Below, piece by piece: positions 35,939-48,700 of a stretch of DNA of 64,000 bases. Numbering within the stretch: the stretch's first letter is position 1; each line of letters begins with the position of its first letter. The translations under genes were made by a program, and so were the position numbers. The notes under the pieces are model-generated. The model searched no databases. It was not told the origin of the DNA and saw only the letters and a program-made list of their open reading frames with translations. Source of the stretch: Macrostomum lignano (Eukaryota); assembly GCA_002269645.1 (NCBI GenBank), contig NIVC01000202.1:496001-560000 (forward strand), written 5' to 3'.

Positions 35939-36086
35939 TTACTAGCCTAGCGAGCTACACTAGGCCTACCTATCTTCTGACAAAAACTTGGTTTTTTGGT
36001 TCTGTTCCTTTTCTAATTCACAATACCTTAATTTTTTGTGTTAAAATATTTTACACCAAATTTTGGCAATCCTTGGTTTCCCACTT

Positions 36087-36442
36087 TAAATCATTTAAAC
36101 CCCTTTTTTAAACTTTCAGCTACTACCAATATGGTTGGCTGACCTCCAACACCACAATCTATCATCCTTGCAGCTAAAGTCAATGCACAAATACTATAGT
36201 CATAGAGGGAATGTGGGGCAACTGCAAAGCCAAGTTTCTAACTATGCATGAAACCAGCGACAATTTGTTCAAAATATACCCGTAGGAGTTCATGTGGCAC
36301 CAAGATTTTTCTTCCATTAGCACTTTAGCAATATCCTCTACTGGATAACACTACTACTACTATTGCCCCTATTACTAAACTCTTGTAAGAACTCTGAGCT
36401 TATTGGACTCTGAAAAGTTAAAAAAGGGGTTTAAATAATTTA
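36087..36442. mobile_element. Inverted-repeat element (~32-bp IR)
   Basis: AAATCATTTAAACCCCTTTTTTAAACTTTCAG / CTGAAAAGTTAAAAAAGGGGTTTAAATAATTT. Confidence 0.5.
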
Positions 36443-36499
36443 GGGCCTAGACTCCTAGAGACTAGAGTGAGAAACTGAAGGATTACCTAAATCCCTCAT

Positions 36500-37500
36500 T
36501 TACCCCTCACACTCATTATTTGTGTGGAGGCCAGCCTATTGAATGCAATGGAACAGAGCCTGTACGTAATGGAACAGGCAGCCCTTCAGTGTTGCTTCAG
36601 GAAAGACAACACGTAGGGCCTGCCATGCGGCACATTTGAAGTCCAGAATGAATGCCTAGGCCTACAGAAGACTGCCATTCAGTAGTAGGCTTCTAAGGTG
36701 CTGGAAGACTACCAGGTAGTCATGTAGAGCCTTCCTAGACATTAAAGCAAATGCCAAGACCACCTGATTTGCTGTTTCTCCTTGGTAGATATAGCAGTGC
36801 TGCAGTGGACCTTGTAAAGCTGTCTAAATGGCTCCCTCACAACTTTAAAAGTACCATCCATAAACTAGACCCAACTTGATGAGAGTGTAGTCTGCCATAC
36901 ATTCATCAAAAACAGCAGATAGTGCTTTCCCCTATGATCGATGCGCAGATCAAACAGAGAAAAGTCATTAGGTACATAACTTTAAGAAATTTCAAATGTT
37001 AGATCTGCGGGTGGCATTGGTCTATCAGCTTTGTGTCCCTTGTTTGCAATGCATACTAATGTGTTCACATTTGGCACCTGAAGTGCCATTCATGTTTTGC
37101 TCTGTTGAAGTTTCTCTTCGACAATTGCTGTTGCTAGGCAAAAGCAATGACATTTAGCTTCATATTTTATCTCGAAGACCAGCTTCTACTTCTCCCTTTC
37201 AAGAATTCATAGAGCGCAAGTGTGCGCTGCCCATCCTCTTGTAATTGTCCCATTTGTCTTCTGTATTGCCATGCCTAGGCATTGGAAACTTGCACTACAG
37301 CTAGTGTATCTCCAATATCGCGTGCCCTGCTTTGCTACATTGAAGCCTAGGACAAATTCCTGGTTATTGATGCTGTGCAAAAGAATGTCTTTTCCTTTTG
37401 TTGACGCACTTAGGATGATGCGGAAGGAATCCATTACCGGGGCAACTGGCTGCTCCATTGGCTGTGGCTCTAGGTCCCATTGGCTGTGGCTCTAGGTCAG
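36500..37500 (-). pseudogene. Decayed Mutator-like (MULE) transposase: FLYWCH plus DDE core
   Basis: FLYWCH-like STKGKDILL...EF...KQGTRYWRY..C...C...ITRG...HTC. DDE motifs FMDGTFKVVREPFRQLYKVH, LAFALMSRK...DY..VF, FILDF..AAWQALRVVFP...KGCLFHYVQA, with stops and frameshifts. Confidence 0.85.
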
Positions 37501-37539
37501 CAAATTGCAGAGGCACTTCTTGAAATTACAGAGGCTCCG

Positions 37540-40440
37540 TAATTGGGCCTATGTCAGCTGTATAAAGCTCTTCTAAAAAGCCTAGCTGCTAGACTGCTGG
37601 CACTGCTAGCTTCTTCTTCTTCACTTTCAGCACTCGCTATAGCAGCGCGTTGGTGCCAAAATGGGTGGGGACTTACATCCCATGCGTCTCCTCTTGGGCA
37701 TTGGGAGATGATGTGGTCAACTGTGTCCAGATGTCCACAGTCCAGGCAGAGCAGGGAGGTGGCAAGACCAAGATGGCAGTACGTCTCTGTGCTGATCATG
37801 GACATGCTGGCCCAAATCTGGCAGGCCAGGACGTGTTTGGCTCTGTTTCATGCATGGAAGTTGGGCCAGGTGGCGGGCAGGGCATTGTCATCTAGGCAAT
37901 GGCAATCCCTTTGGATGGCTGCCTACGCTGCTGCCAGCAAGATTGGGGCTTGTTCCTGGTCTAGTAGGTGCGCCACGTCAGCGGCGTGGTCCACTGCCTC
38001 GTTAAGATCAATGCCGCAGTGGACCAGGACCCAAGCAAAGTTGACGGTGGTCGTCTTACAGAGTTTGATAATTTTGCACTAGCATTCCATTCCTGAGCTC
38101 GTCCTTTGGTTGAGGGGGCCAGTTTCTAAGGCAAGGAGCAACAACAGAGAGTTGGAGCAGATGTGGATACGGCTTCCCTTAAGTTCTTGGTTGTTGTTAA
38201 CAAAACGGAGGGCTGTGTGGGCCACCACTTCTGTGTCAAAAAAGCTGCAGAAGCGGCCTTGCGCACGTGGGTGGCCATCACCATGCAGATGATGGCAGCG
38301 CTGCCTCTTGGGCCTGTGCCATTGGCGACCAAGCTGTCAGTCCAAATAGTTACTTTGGCCTCTGGGAGTCCACCAAGGATCTTCTCGGCTGCTTTGTGTC
38401 AGAGTTCTTGGGAGTCGGGTCGGTGGCTCCTAGGTAGAAGGTCGTGCTTCCTCTGCATACTGCAGGATGGTAATGTCTCCTCTACGAAGGTGATCCAGTA
38501 GCTCCACAAATGGAAGCTCCAAGGCTGCGTGTCGCCAGCAGAGTCAGTGCATGCGTGAGGCCTCCTGGTGGTCTAGGTAGTTTGGAGTTTGTAGATCAGT
38601 ATTGTGGTTTCTAAGAAGGGCTTTGTGGGTCCTGTTATTTAGTCATGGTCTCATCTGGTGGGAGGCTGATGCAGTCTCTAGCATGTCGGGCAAAAGGCAA
38701 AGGATCTGTTTACAAAGTCAAGCTGCCGTCTCTGATGCGATGTGGGCCATTGGCTGTAGCTCGGCCAGGCGGAGGACGTGGTGGACATCAGTCGGGAGGA
38801 TATAGCTTGTGATAAGTCTTGTGCAGGCATTCTGTTGTCTCTCAATAGAGTCTTGTACCAACGGCGAGGTTCCGCAAAGCCAGGTGCCTGCCACATAGTT
38901 GGCAACGGCATGGACGGTGCTGATGTATGCTGTCCTCAATGTCTTGTGGTCGGCGCCCATGGTGCAGTTCACAAGGGCCACTAGAAGGTGGCGGCACTCA
39001 GTCATGCAGGCTCTAGTCCTTTTGGCATGCTGTCTAGGTGCATTCCCAGGTAACAAGGTTCATGGTCAAAAGCCAGTTTCTGTCCTTCAATAAGCAGTCG
39101 GACTCATTTTTTACCATTTGTCTTGCGGGGGTCGAGAGTGAAAGTCCTGTAAACGCACGTCTCTGTACTGAGTGTCACCTTCCAGCATTTGCACCATTTG
39201 CTCACAGCATCCAAGGCTGGTTGGATAGTTGCCGCGCAGTTGTCAAGGCTCTTGGCAGTGGCAAGAAGGGTCGAGTTGTCTGTAGAGTTTGATGTTGCAG
39301 TCCTTGGCTGCCTCAGCAACAGTCGCAGCGAGATCATTAATGTAGACAATCCAGAGGATAGGTGCTAGAACGCTGCCTTGGGGGAGTCCTTCTTTGAATA
39401 TGTACTCCCGGCTATAGACTTTGCCAAGGCGTACCCGTGCGTGGCGGTCTGAGAGGAAGCTTTGAATCCAGTGGATGATGTGCAAGTTAACACCAAAGTC
39501 GTGGAGTTTGATATAGAGAGCCGCTTTCCAGATCTTGTCGTATGCGCAACTAAAATCCAGGAGGCAGAGGATAGAGCTGAGGTGTGGGACTGCCTCCAGC
39601 CCATCAAAGATATCCTGGCAGATGCTAGCAATGAGTTCTTCCATTAACCAGCCCTTGCGGAAACCTGCTTGTATGTTGGATAGTCTTCCGGAGTTTTTGA
39701 GGAAGTGCCACAGTCTTTGAAGAGCCATGTACTCTGCCAGCTTGGCTATGCAGCTGGTAAGGGCAACTGGGTGGTAGGAGTCCAGTTTGCTGGGATCCTT
39801 TCCTTTTTTGGTATTGGGATAATCCAAATGCGCTTCCATTGCCATGGGCAGTTGGCATTAGTCCAGGCTTGGTTGATGAGGTCAAGGAGTCTGATGTTAG
39901 TTGACGGGGGAAGATGCTTAATCATCTCATTGGTAATACCGTCTGGGCTAGGGGCTTTGCCAGACTTCAAGGAGCAGACTGCGTGGCGGTACTTGGTGGT
40001 GCTAAAAGTTGAGTAGATGTTGGGTTGGTTTTGTCTGTGGCAGCCGCACTCAGTTCTTAAGATGAGTTTTTTTGTTTATAGGCCCATGCTGTGGTCTTTT
40101 TTGAGTCTTGAGACCGCACTGTATATTTGTCCAAACAGGTTTGCCTTCTCTAGGTTTGTATATGCAGGGCGACTTGGCATGGTGGGTCTCATCTGGGGAT
40201 GGTAGAGAGATGCGCTTCTCTGTTGCTTGGGGCCATCTCTTCTCATACGGCAAAGCAGCTTGAACATGTCGTTGTCGGCATTTAGTTTGCTTGCCTTCTC
40301 CAGCAAGCGGCCTGTTTTTTGCACTTAATGGTGATTTTTGGTAATGGCACTGCTGCTGCTGCTGGACAGCTAACACTGCTAGCTGCTGCAGCTGCTAGAT
40401 AGCTGGCATTGCTAGCTGCTACGGCTGCTAGACAGTTGGT
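37540..40440 (-). mobile_element. Decayed, 5'-truncated non-LTR retrotransposon (I-group/Nimb-like: RT, RNase H, CCHC)
   Basis: KAPSPDGI, SYHPVALTSCIAKL.E, QAGFRKG, LLDFSCAYDKIW, GLPQGSVLAPILWIVYINDL. RNase H IWTD...SAAII and FAWVLVHCGIDLNEAVDHAA; C-terminal CLDCGHLDTVDHIISQCP. Many frameshifts. No endonuclease domain seen. Confidence 0.88.
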
Positions 40441-41000
40441 GCAGGCAGAACAATTGGCTGTTCAGGTTGTTCCTGCGGCTCTTCCCAACAAAGGCTGCAG
40501 CTGAACTCAAAACTTTCTAGCTGCTATAGATGGCGATACTGTTGGCAACTAACACCACTTTGGCACATACAATGCTGCCATTTTTTGCATTGATCGCACT
40601 GCAAACCTTCTTGCCATGGGTGCACAGCCTCTTGGCACACAGCGTAGTTATCAATATTATTGTTTATTCCATGCGAGTGACAGTGTGTACAAGTAAATAT
40701 ATACTCCACGAATCAGTGGCACCTAGCACATTTTCTCTAAATTGTGTACACTGTTCATGTGCCAACTTGCGAGTCATGTACATCTGCTAGCTAGTTCATG
40801 CTCAGATTGTAACGCAAAACAGCATTGTGCAATGGCAATCAATATATGTTGAAAATGCAATATAGCATATGCAATAAATTGTGCACAAAGGCAGTTCTCC
40901 AATGCCTTCAATCTGGCTATGGAGTGTGGAACTTTCATCAACAGGCAGTGGAAGATTTGGAATATTCATCCACTGCAAAAATGAGGGTTGGAACATTTGT
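40440..41000 (-). pseudogene. Decayed PHD-finger-coding N-terminus, probably of the same MULE element
   Basis: VCQEAVHPWQEGLQCDQCKKWQHCMCQSGVS...Y...FEFSCSLC (PHD-like), followed by EEPQEQPEQP, which matches the EPQPMEQP linker on the far side of the LINE. A second degenerate Cys/His cluster lies at 40750-40900. Confidence 0.55.
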
Positions 41001-41711
41001 CAACCAAGTTGATGACAAAAAAGTTGACAAAAATTCCTTAAACCACAAATGGCACTAGTGATAACCTTTCAGTTTTTTACTTCTACCTTAGCCAGTTCCT
41101 CTGGCATTTACAAAAACTTGAAAGTTATTCAACTCAAGGCAAACTAGGCCCTACTCAACCCAAGGAAATAAAACTTGACTCAACAAAAACTACTATGTCT
41201 ATACTCTAGATTCTAATATATAGTACAGAGACTACCTTTATATATATATAATCAATGCAAGTTATTATATATCCTTTTAATTTTGAAATTATACTATCTA
41301 TATAACTACATTTGTATCTTTTGCTTTAATGTATATTTTAGTTTATGTCATGATTTACCTAAAAAAAGCAATTCATTATCAAATTTTGTTGAAATGCTCA
41401 TTAATTTTGATTCAACTTTTTGCATGAATTATTAGAAGTTGCTAGGCCTAAAAATAAAAAAACCATTTTGTAAATTAGCATAATAAAAAAGAAAAAGGGT
41501 AATACCCTAGCTACTAGCTAAGCTAACAAATAATTAGAATTTTTGCTTGCTTTTATCTAACTTTGACCTCTTCTCACTGTTTTTTCATTGGCTAAGCTAG
41601 ATTTGGTCTTCCTCTTAGGCTAGAAATTAAAGTTACCAAACTAAATTTGTGACATTATATAGCCAATTATTGAAAAGGGTATATAACTTAAATTGCAAAT
41701 AACCTTAGATA

Positions 41712-42007
41712 TATACATGCGCAACAGTCGGCCGAGTTGGCCAGCGGCTGACTGATTTGGTGGCCAATCAAGGAAGTCGCAAAAATGCCCACCCAAAAAA
41801 AACACCAAATTAGTAGTACTAAGTAGCTGACGAGGCATTTTGACCTAATAAGACAGTCCTAGTTACTCCCGCCGTTTACACAAAGTTGCATTGATTTTGC
41901 ATTAGGGTTTTTTACATGTAAGTCGCATTTTTGGCCAAAAACTACGTCACATTTTTGTTAAAACTAAGTCGCATGGCTGACCGAATTTTGGAGGTTGCGC
42001 ATGTATG
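41712..42007. mobile_element. hAT-like MITE
   Basis: TIR (T/C)ATACATGCGCAAC. 8-bp TSD CTTAGATA at 41704-41711 and 42008-42015. Confidence 0.7.
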
Positions 42008-42369
42008 CTTAGATATATAGATATTACGCTCGTAGATAGACTATCTAAGAAATAGATAAACTGGTAACTAATAAAAGCAGGGATGGGATAAAGGGTTCTT
42101 GCTTATTGACATGCTAGACACTTTGTTTAGCCTATGAGGGAATTCTCATCTACTAAAAACTATAAACTTAAAAGCCAAATTGTAGGAAATCTTCATAGAC
42201 AAAAAATGAATTTGAAGTCATTTTCAGTCGATAGGGAATAAAGTTTAATTAGTGGATAGCTGTGTCAGTTGACAGTCACAACTACATATTGTGTTGGCAC
42301 TTTGGTTCTTTGTGTTTTTTTAAGTCTAAGAGTTTGCTGTCCCTTTTCCTTCTCTTTATCCCTTCTTTA

Positions 42370-42372
<3 letters not shown>

Positions 42373-42417
<45 letters not shown>

Positions 42418-42432
42418 CTCTCTCTCTCTCTC
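42373..42432. repeat. (CT)n microsatellite
   Basis: Direct reading. Confidence 0.95.
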
Positions 42433-42798
42433 TGTCCTTAATCCCTTTCTCAATGAATGTTTCTTTGTCATAAATCCTTATGACCTTATTTTGTGGCACC
42501 TTTTCTCTTTCTCCACACGTCTTATGCACAAGATTTGCTTAAAATTTGGGAAAAAACTTGATTTTTTCTGAAATTTGAAATTGAAATTGAAATTATCATG
42601 GCCCAATTTTTATGTCAATTTTTGGAAATTCAAAATTGAAATCGAAATCCAGTCCATCTCTAACATTTAATCATTTGAGCATATAAAAGTATCACTATTG
42701 ATATTATTATTACTGAAATCGTAGGTCCTATGTTACTTTGCAGCTTGTAAGTTAGTAGTTACCTGTCCAGTCCCAATATCGATCCAATCTGAAAGCAA

Positions 42799-45700
42799 AT
42801 GTCTGAGATAGCCTCAGCCGAGCACTTGGCTAGCGTTATCCATGAATTCTATAGCGGCGTCAATGCCGCCGCCAATGGGAGGCTGCTGGAATCATTTGAA
42901 CAGCGGCCAGACAGCTGCGATCTCTGCCTGGCATTTGTAGAGTCGGCTGCCAGCAGCGACAGCGGCTGCTCAGACTGGGTGCACTACCATTGTCTAGGTG
43001 TGCTGGAGCGCCGACTCGCTGCCGCTGGTGGCGAGCGTCGGCATCGGCTGGCACAGCTGCTGGCATCGGCGCTGGCCAGCTTGTCCGATGCCAGATCGCC
43101 AGCTTTTCTAGTTAATAAAACTGCCAAGGTGGGAAGTTTTGCTGAATCTCGTATCTCAAGTGTTGCGGGCATCCTGGCGCAACGCCTTCGGCGACTTCGT
43201 CCCTGACGGCAGTTCTGCCCATTCCGCTGACTCCTGAGTACATGCAAGTGCGCCAATGCTGTACGCAGGCACAGCACTCATAAACAATACCCTCTGCGAC
43301 CAGCTTAATGCTACTCGCTAATAAAGACTCAATCAGAAGTGCGCCAACTACTTCACCGCAGGTGTTGGCCGACCTGAGCCGCATGGACGGTCGCGATCAT
43401 CTGGCCGGAGTTTTACTGGACTCGGCCGAGTCTCTGCTGTGCCAGCCAGCCGGCTCTACCGGCCTCCGCTGTGCCGCCTCCCTACTGCAGGTTGCCCTCG
43501 ATGAGCGGCCGGACCGGCTAGCGGAGCGGCTGGCCGCCTTGACGCCCCAGCTGTGCCAGGCTTTGGGTGCCAGGTTGCAGCCGCCGCCTGTGCCGCTGCC
43601 CGAGCTGCTGCTTGACCAGGTGCTTGCCCTCCCAGATCCTCAGTTGCTGAGCCAGCTTCCCAGATCCTCAGTTGCTGAGCCAGCCTCCCAGCTTCTCAGT
43701 TGCTGAGCCAGCCTCCCAGATCCTCAGTTGGTGGGGCAGCCTCCCAGATCCTCAGCTGCTGGGCCAGCCTCCCAGATCCGCAGTTGGTGGGGCAGCCTCC
43801 CAGATCCTCAGTTGCTGAGCCAGCCTCCCAGATCCGCAGTTGCTGAGCCAGCCTCCCAGATCCTCAGTTGCTGAGCCAGCCTCCCAGATCCTCAGTTGCT
43901 GAGCTGGCCTCCCAGATCCTCAGCTACTGAGCCAGCCTCCCAGAGTGTCAGTTGCTGAGCCAGCCTCCCAGATCCGCAGTTGGTGGGGCAGCCTCCCAGA
44001 TCCTCAGTTGCTGGGCCAGCCTCCCAGATCCTCATCTGCTGGGCCAGCCTCCCAGATCCTCATCTGCTGGGCCAGCCTCCCAGATCCTCAGTTGCTGGGC
44101 CAGCCTCCCAGATCCTCAGCTGCTGGATCAGCCTCCCAGAGTGTCAGTTGCTGGGCCAGCCTCCCAGATCCTCAGCTGCTGGACCAGCCTCCCAGAGTGT
44201 CAGTTGCTGGGCCAGCCTCCCAGATCCTCAGCTGCTGGACCAGCCTCCCAGAGTGTCAGTTGCTGGGCCAGCCTTCCAGATCCTCAGCTGCTGTCCACGG
44301 CCGCCGTGTATCCTAATTGCTAAGCCAATCCAACTCACTCGCCCAGGTAAGTCCGGATTCAGTCCAAGCTGTTCGCCGCCTCCAAGGCTGCCTGATTGGT
44401 CAGGCCGCCGATTCCGACGCTGCCATCGCTTGCGCTCGCTTTCTTGCCGCTCTGGCCGCTTCGCCTCTCTGCTGGTGCCTGGAGGCCGCCTCCCCGGCCG
44501 CCTGCGACCTTCTGTTCTACCTGGCCCTGCACGCCGCTTCGCCAGCCGATCCGGAGCGCCTGCTGGCCGAGCTGGCCTGGTCGGCCGCGGCCGGTTTGCT
44601 GCAGCCGGGCGGTCAGCGGCCGCTCGGGCCCGCCTTTCTTTCCAGCGTCCGGCGCCGATCTCTGGCCGGGCTGGCGCACCTGTGCCAGGTGTCCGGTGCC
44701 GAGGATCGGCTGGGACCGGCGCTGGACTGCCTGCGGCCGATGCTGGCCGAGCTTGGCGCTCAGGATGAGCAGCAGAGACAGCTGGCGCTGCACCTGCTGA
44801 CCCGGCTGACTGCCGACGCCGGAAATTGCGACCTGCTGTGCCAGTGCCTGGAGCTCTGGCTGGGGCTGGCCGACTTCCTAGCCAATGTGGCCGATTCTAA
44901 GGCATTTCAGGTGGGCTGAGCATTGTTGTTAGGGTTGTGGGCTTCTTGTTTGTGGGGATTTCTTCATGTCTCTGGGGATTTCTTCATGTCTGTTGGGATT
45001 TCTTCATGTCTGTAGGGATTTCTTCATGTTTGTGGGGATTTCTTCATGTTTGTGGGGATTTCTTCATGTCTCTGGGGATTTCTTCATGTTTGTGGGGATT
45101 TCTTCATTCATGTCTGTGGGGATTTCTTCATGTTTGTGGGGATTTCTTCATGTTTGTAGGGATTTCTTCGTTTGTGGGGATTTTTTCATGTTTGTTGGGA
45201 TTTCTTCATTTTTGTGGGGATTTCTTCATGTTTGTAGGGATTTCTTCATGTTTGTTGGGATTTCTTCATGTTTGTAGGGATTTCTTCATGTTTGTTGGGA
45301 TTTCTGCATGTTTGTAGGGATTTCTTCATGTTTGTGAGGATTATTTCATGTTTGTGAGGATTATTTCATGTTTGTTGGGATTTCTTCATGTTTGTTGGGA
45401 TTTCTTAATGTTTGTGAGGATTATTTCATGTTTGTGGAGATTTCTTCATGTTTGTAGGGATTTCTTCATGTTTGTGAGGATTTTTTCATGTTTGTGGGGA
45501 TTTCTTCATTCATGTCTGTGGGGATTTCTTCATGTTTGTGGGGATTTCTTCATGTTTGTAGGGATTTCTTCATGTTTGTGGGGATTTTTTCATGTTTGTT
45601 GGGATTTCTTCATGTTTTTGGGGATTTCTTGACGTTTTGAGTATTTTTCGTGTTTTGGGGGCATCACGTTTGTGGTAAATTCTTTGCGTTTGTTAGGGTG

Positions 45701-48700
45701 TTACTAACAAGTAGTATTAAGAAATTGAAAGCTTTAGTTTAAAATATTGGAACTCTACAAGTCAACGCTTTAATCCTCGTAGGATCCGGAGGTCCTGAAC
45801 TCGACGCGTGCCGCCCTACTGGAGGCCACCGGCACCGCCTATTGGAAAAGCCAATTCCGGGCCAATCAGAATTTCTTAGACGGCCTTGACGATGGCGGCG
45901 AGGACAGTGAGATGCAGGTGCTGCTGAGACTGACCTGCGATCTGCTTCATCTGGTGGCCCAACTTCAGCCTGAGCAGGTATTTGCTGACAGGGTCATGCT
46001 GTCGCGTGGGTTTTTAGCCATTTATTAGCATTGCATAGATGCATGTATTAGATCTTAAAGTCGCCGCATTAGATCATTAGAATCGCATTAGGTTATTTGG
46101 GTCAAATTAGATAATCAGGACCGTATTAGATTATTAGGGTCGCATTAGATCATTATAGGATATTCGCAATCAAGTATTATAAACGACACGTTAGTTTATT
46201 TACATTAGATTATTCTCGAGTCTCAGATTATTCTGCAGTCTGATTAGATTATTCTGCAGTCTGATTAGATTATTCTGCAGTTTGATTAGATTATTCTGCA
46301 GTCTCATTAGATTATTTTGGAATCCCATAAAATCATTCTGGAGTCTCATTAGATTATTCTTGAGTTTCATTAGATTATTCTTGAGTTTCATTAGATTATT
46401 CTGGAATCTCATCAGATTATTCTGCAGTCTCATTAGATTATTCTGGAATCTCATCAGATTATTCTGCAGTCTCATTAGATTGTTCTGGAATCTCATCAGA
46501 TTATTCATCAGATTATTCTGCAGTCTCATTAGATTATTCTGGAATCTCATCAGATTATTCTGCAGTCTCATTAGATTATTCTGGAATCTCATCAGATTAT
46601 TCTGCAGTCTCATTAGATTATTCTGGAATCTCATCAGATTATTCTGCAGTCTCATTAGATTGTTCTGGAATCTCATCAGATTATTCTGCAGTCTCATTAG
46701 ATTGTTCTGGAATCACAGATTATTTTGCAGTCTCATTAGATTATTCTGGAATCTCATCAGATTATTCTGCAGTCTCATTAGATTGTTCTGGAATCTCATC
46801 AGATTATTCATCAGATTATTCTGCAGTCTCATTAGATTATTCTGGAATCTCATCAGATTATTCTGCAGTCTCATTAGATCATTAGAAAGTCATTAGATCA
46901 TTAGAAAGTCATTAGATCATTAGAAAGTCATTAGATCATTAGAAAGTCATTAGATCATTAGAAAGTCATTAGATCATTAGAAAGTCTTTAGATCATTAGA
47001 AAGTCATTAGATCATTAGAAAGTCATTAGATCATTAGAAAGTCATTAGATCATCCACACGCGCCTGCCCAAACCAGGTCAGCGCCCTCATTGCCCGCGAG
47101 CTGGCCGCCACCCTGCAGGCCTATCATCAGCAGCTGGGCGAAGGCGCCCGTGTCCGCGAGCATGACCTTCAAAAGCTGCACTGCGCCCTTCGCGACCTGC
47201 GCTCGAACCTGGCCTACCTGCGTCAGCTGCCCTACCCGCCGGCCGGTCTGGCCGAACTCCTCCTGGCTGCTGCCGAGCGTGGCGCCCGGCCAGCCGAGTC
47301 GGCCGCCGCCTGGCCGGCCATTGCCGCCGCTTTAGCTGACGCTCAGTGCGGCCTGCTGCTTGGCTTGGCTGCCTGCCAGCCTGAGGACCCGACTCCGGCT
47401 CTGGCCGTGGCCGTCGGCTGCCTTCTGGCCGACTGCGGCGGTGCACAGGCGCAGGGTGAGACTGGCTGCCAAATACTGATTGACATATATATGTACATGT
47501 ATATATATGTAGCTGTAATCTGTAGCTTGAATGTGTAGCTGTAACCTGTAGCTGTAATCTGTAGCTGTAATCTGTAGCTTGAATGTGTAGCTGTAATCTG
47601 TAGCTTGAATGTGTAGCTGTAATCTGTAGCTTGAATGTGTAGCTGTAATCTGTAGCTTGAATGTGTAGCTGTAATCTGTAGCTTGAATGTGTAGCTGTAA
47701 TCTGTAGCTTGAATGTGTATAGTAGCTGTAACCATAAGTATTTTAGCTTAAAACTGTAGTAAGTCAATATGAGCTCATATTGAATTTCTCCGATCCCATC
47801 CCCCGTGTTGCAGTCTCCTCCCGTCTTCATCTCTGCTCTGCCGAACTAATCGCAGCTGTCCTGGCCCGTCGGCCAGATCTGGCCAGCTCCGTTCAACTGT
47901 CCGGCCTGCTGGCCGAGTTTGCTCGCGACGGTTTCCAGTCGCGCGGTATGCCGCCGGACGCTCAGGCCAGGCTGATGTCCGCCCTGGCTGCCGCTATCGA
48001 CTCTGAGCAGGCGCTGGCCGGCCTGCTGGACTCTGCGGTGAGAGATGGCGATAAAAGTAGTTGCACTCGATCACAGCAACTGTAATAGGTCAGGATCCAG
48101 GAGGCAGGGACCTCCCCGATTCTGGCGCCCTTTGGTTCTAGCGCCCCTTGGTGCTGGCGCCCCTTGATGATCTTGCGAGCCTTGGTGCTGGCACCCTTTG
48201 TTTTGGCTAAAGCCCCTTGCTTCTGGCTAAAGCCCCTAAGCCCCTTGGTTCTGGCTAAAGCCCCTAAGCCCCTTGGTTCTGGCTAAAGCCCCTAAGCCCC
48301 TTGGTTCTGGCTAATGCCCCTTGGTTCTGGCTAAAGCCCCTTGGTTCTGGCTAAAGCCCCTTGGTTCTGGCTAAAGCCCCTAAGCCCCTTGGTTCTGGCT
48401 AAAGCCCCTTGGTTCTGGCTAAAGCCCCTAAGCCCCTTGGTTCTGGCTAAAGCCCCTAAGCCCCTTGGTTCTGGCTAAAGCCCCTAAGCCCCTTGGTTCT
48501 GGCTAAAGCCCCTAAGCCCCTTGGTTCTGGCTAATGCCCCTTGGTTCTGGCTAAAGCCCCTTGGTTCTGGCTAAAGCCCCTTGGTTCTGGCTAAAGCCCC
48601 TAAGCCCCTTGGTTCTGGCTAAAGCCCCTAAGCCCCTTGGTTCTGGCTAAAGCCCCTAAGCCCCTTGGTTCTGGCTAAAGCCCCTAAGCCCCTTGGTTCT

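Noticed and set aside
43945-44768. Pro/Gln/Ser repeat ORFs as extra XPO6 coding sequence
   Set aside because: They are translations of the intron-2 minisatellite. Exons 2 and 3 join in phase without them.
46200-46896. Heptad-like MRLQNNL / IRLFCSL ORFs as coiled-coil proteins
   Set aside because: They derive from a 21-bp intronic tandem repeat that is open in several frames by chance.
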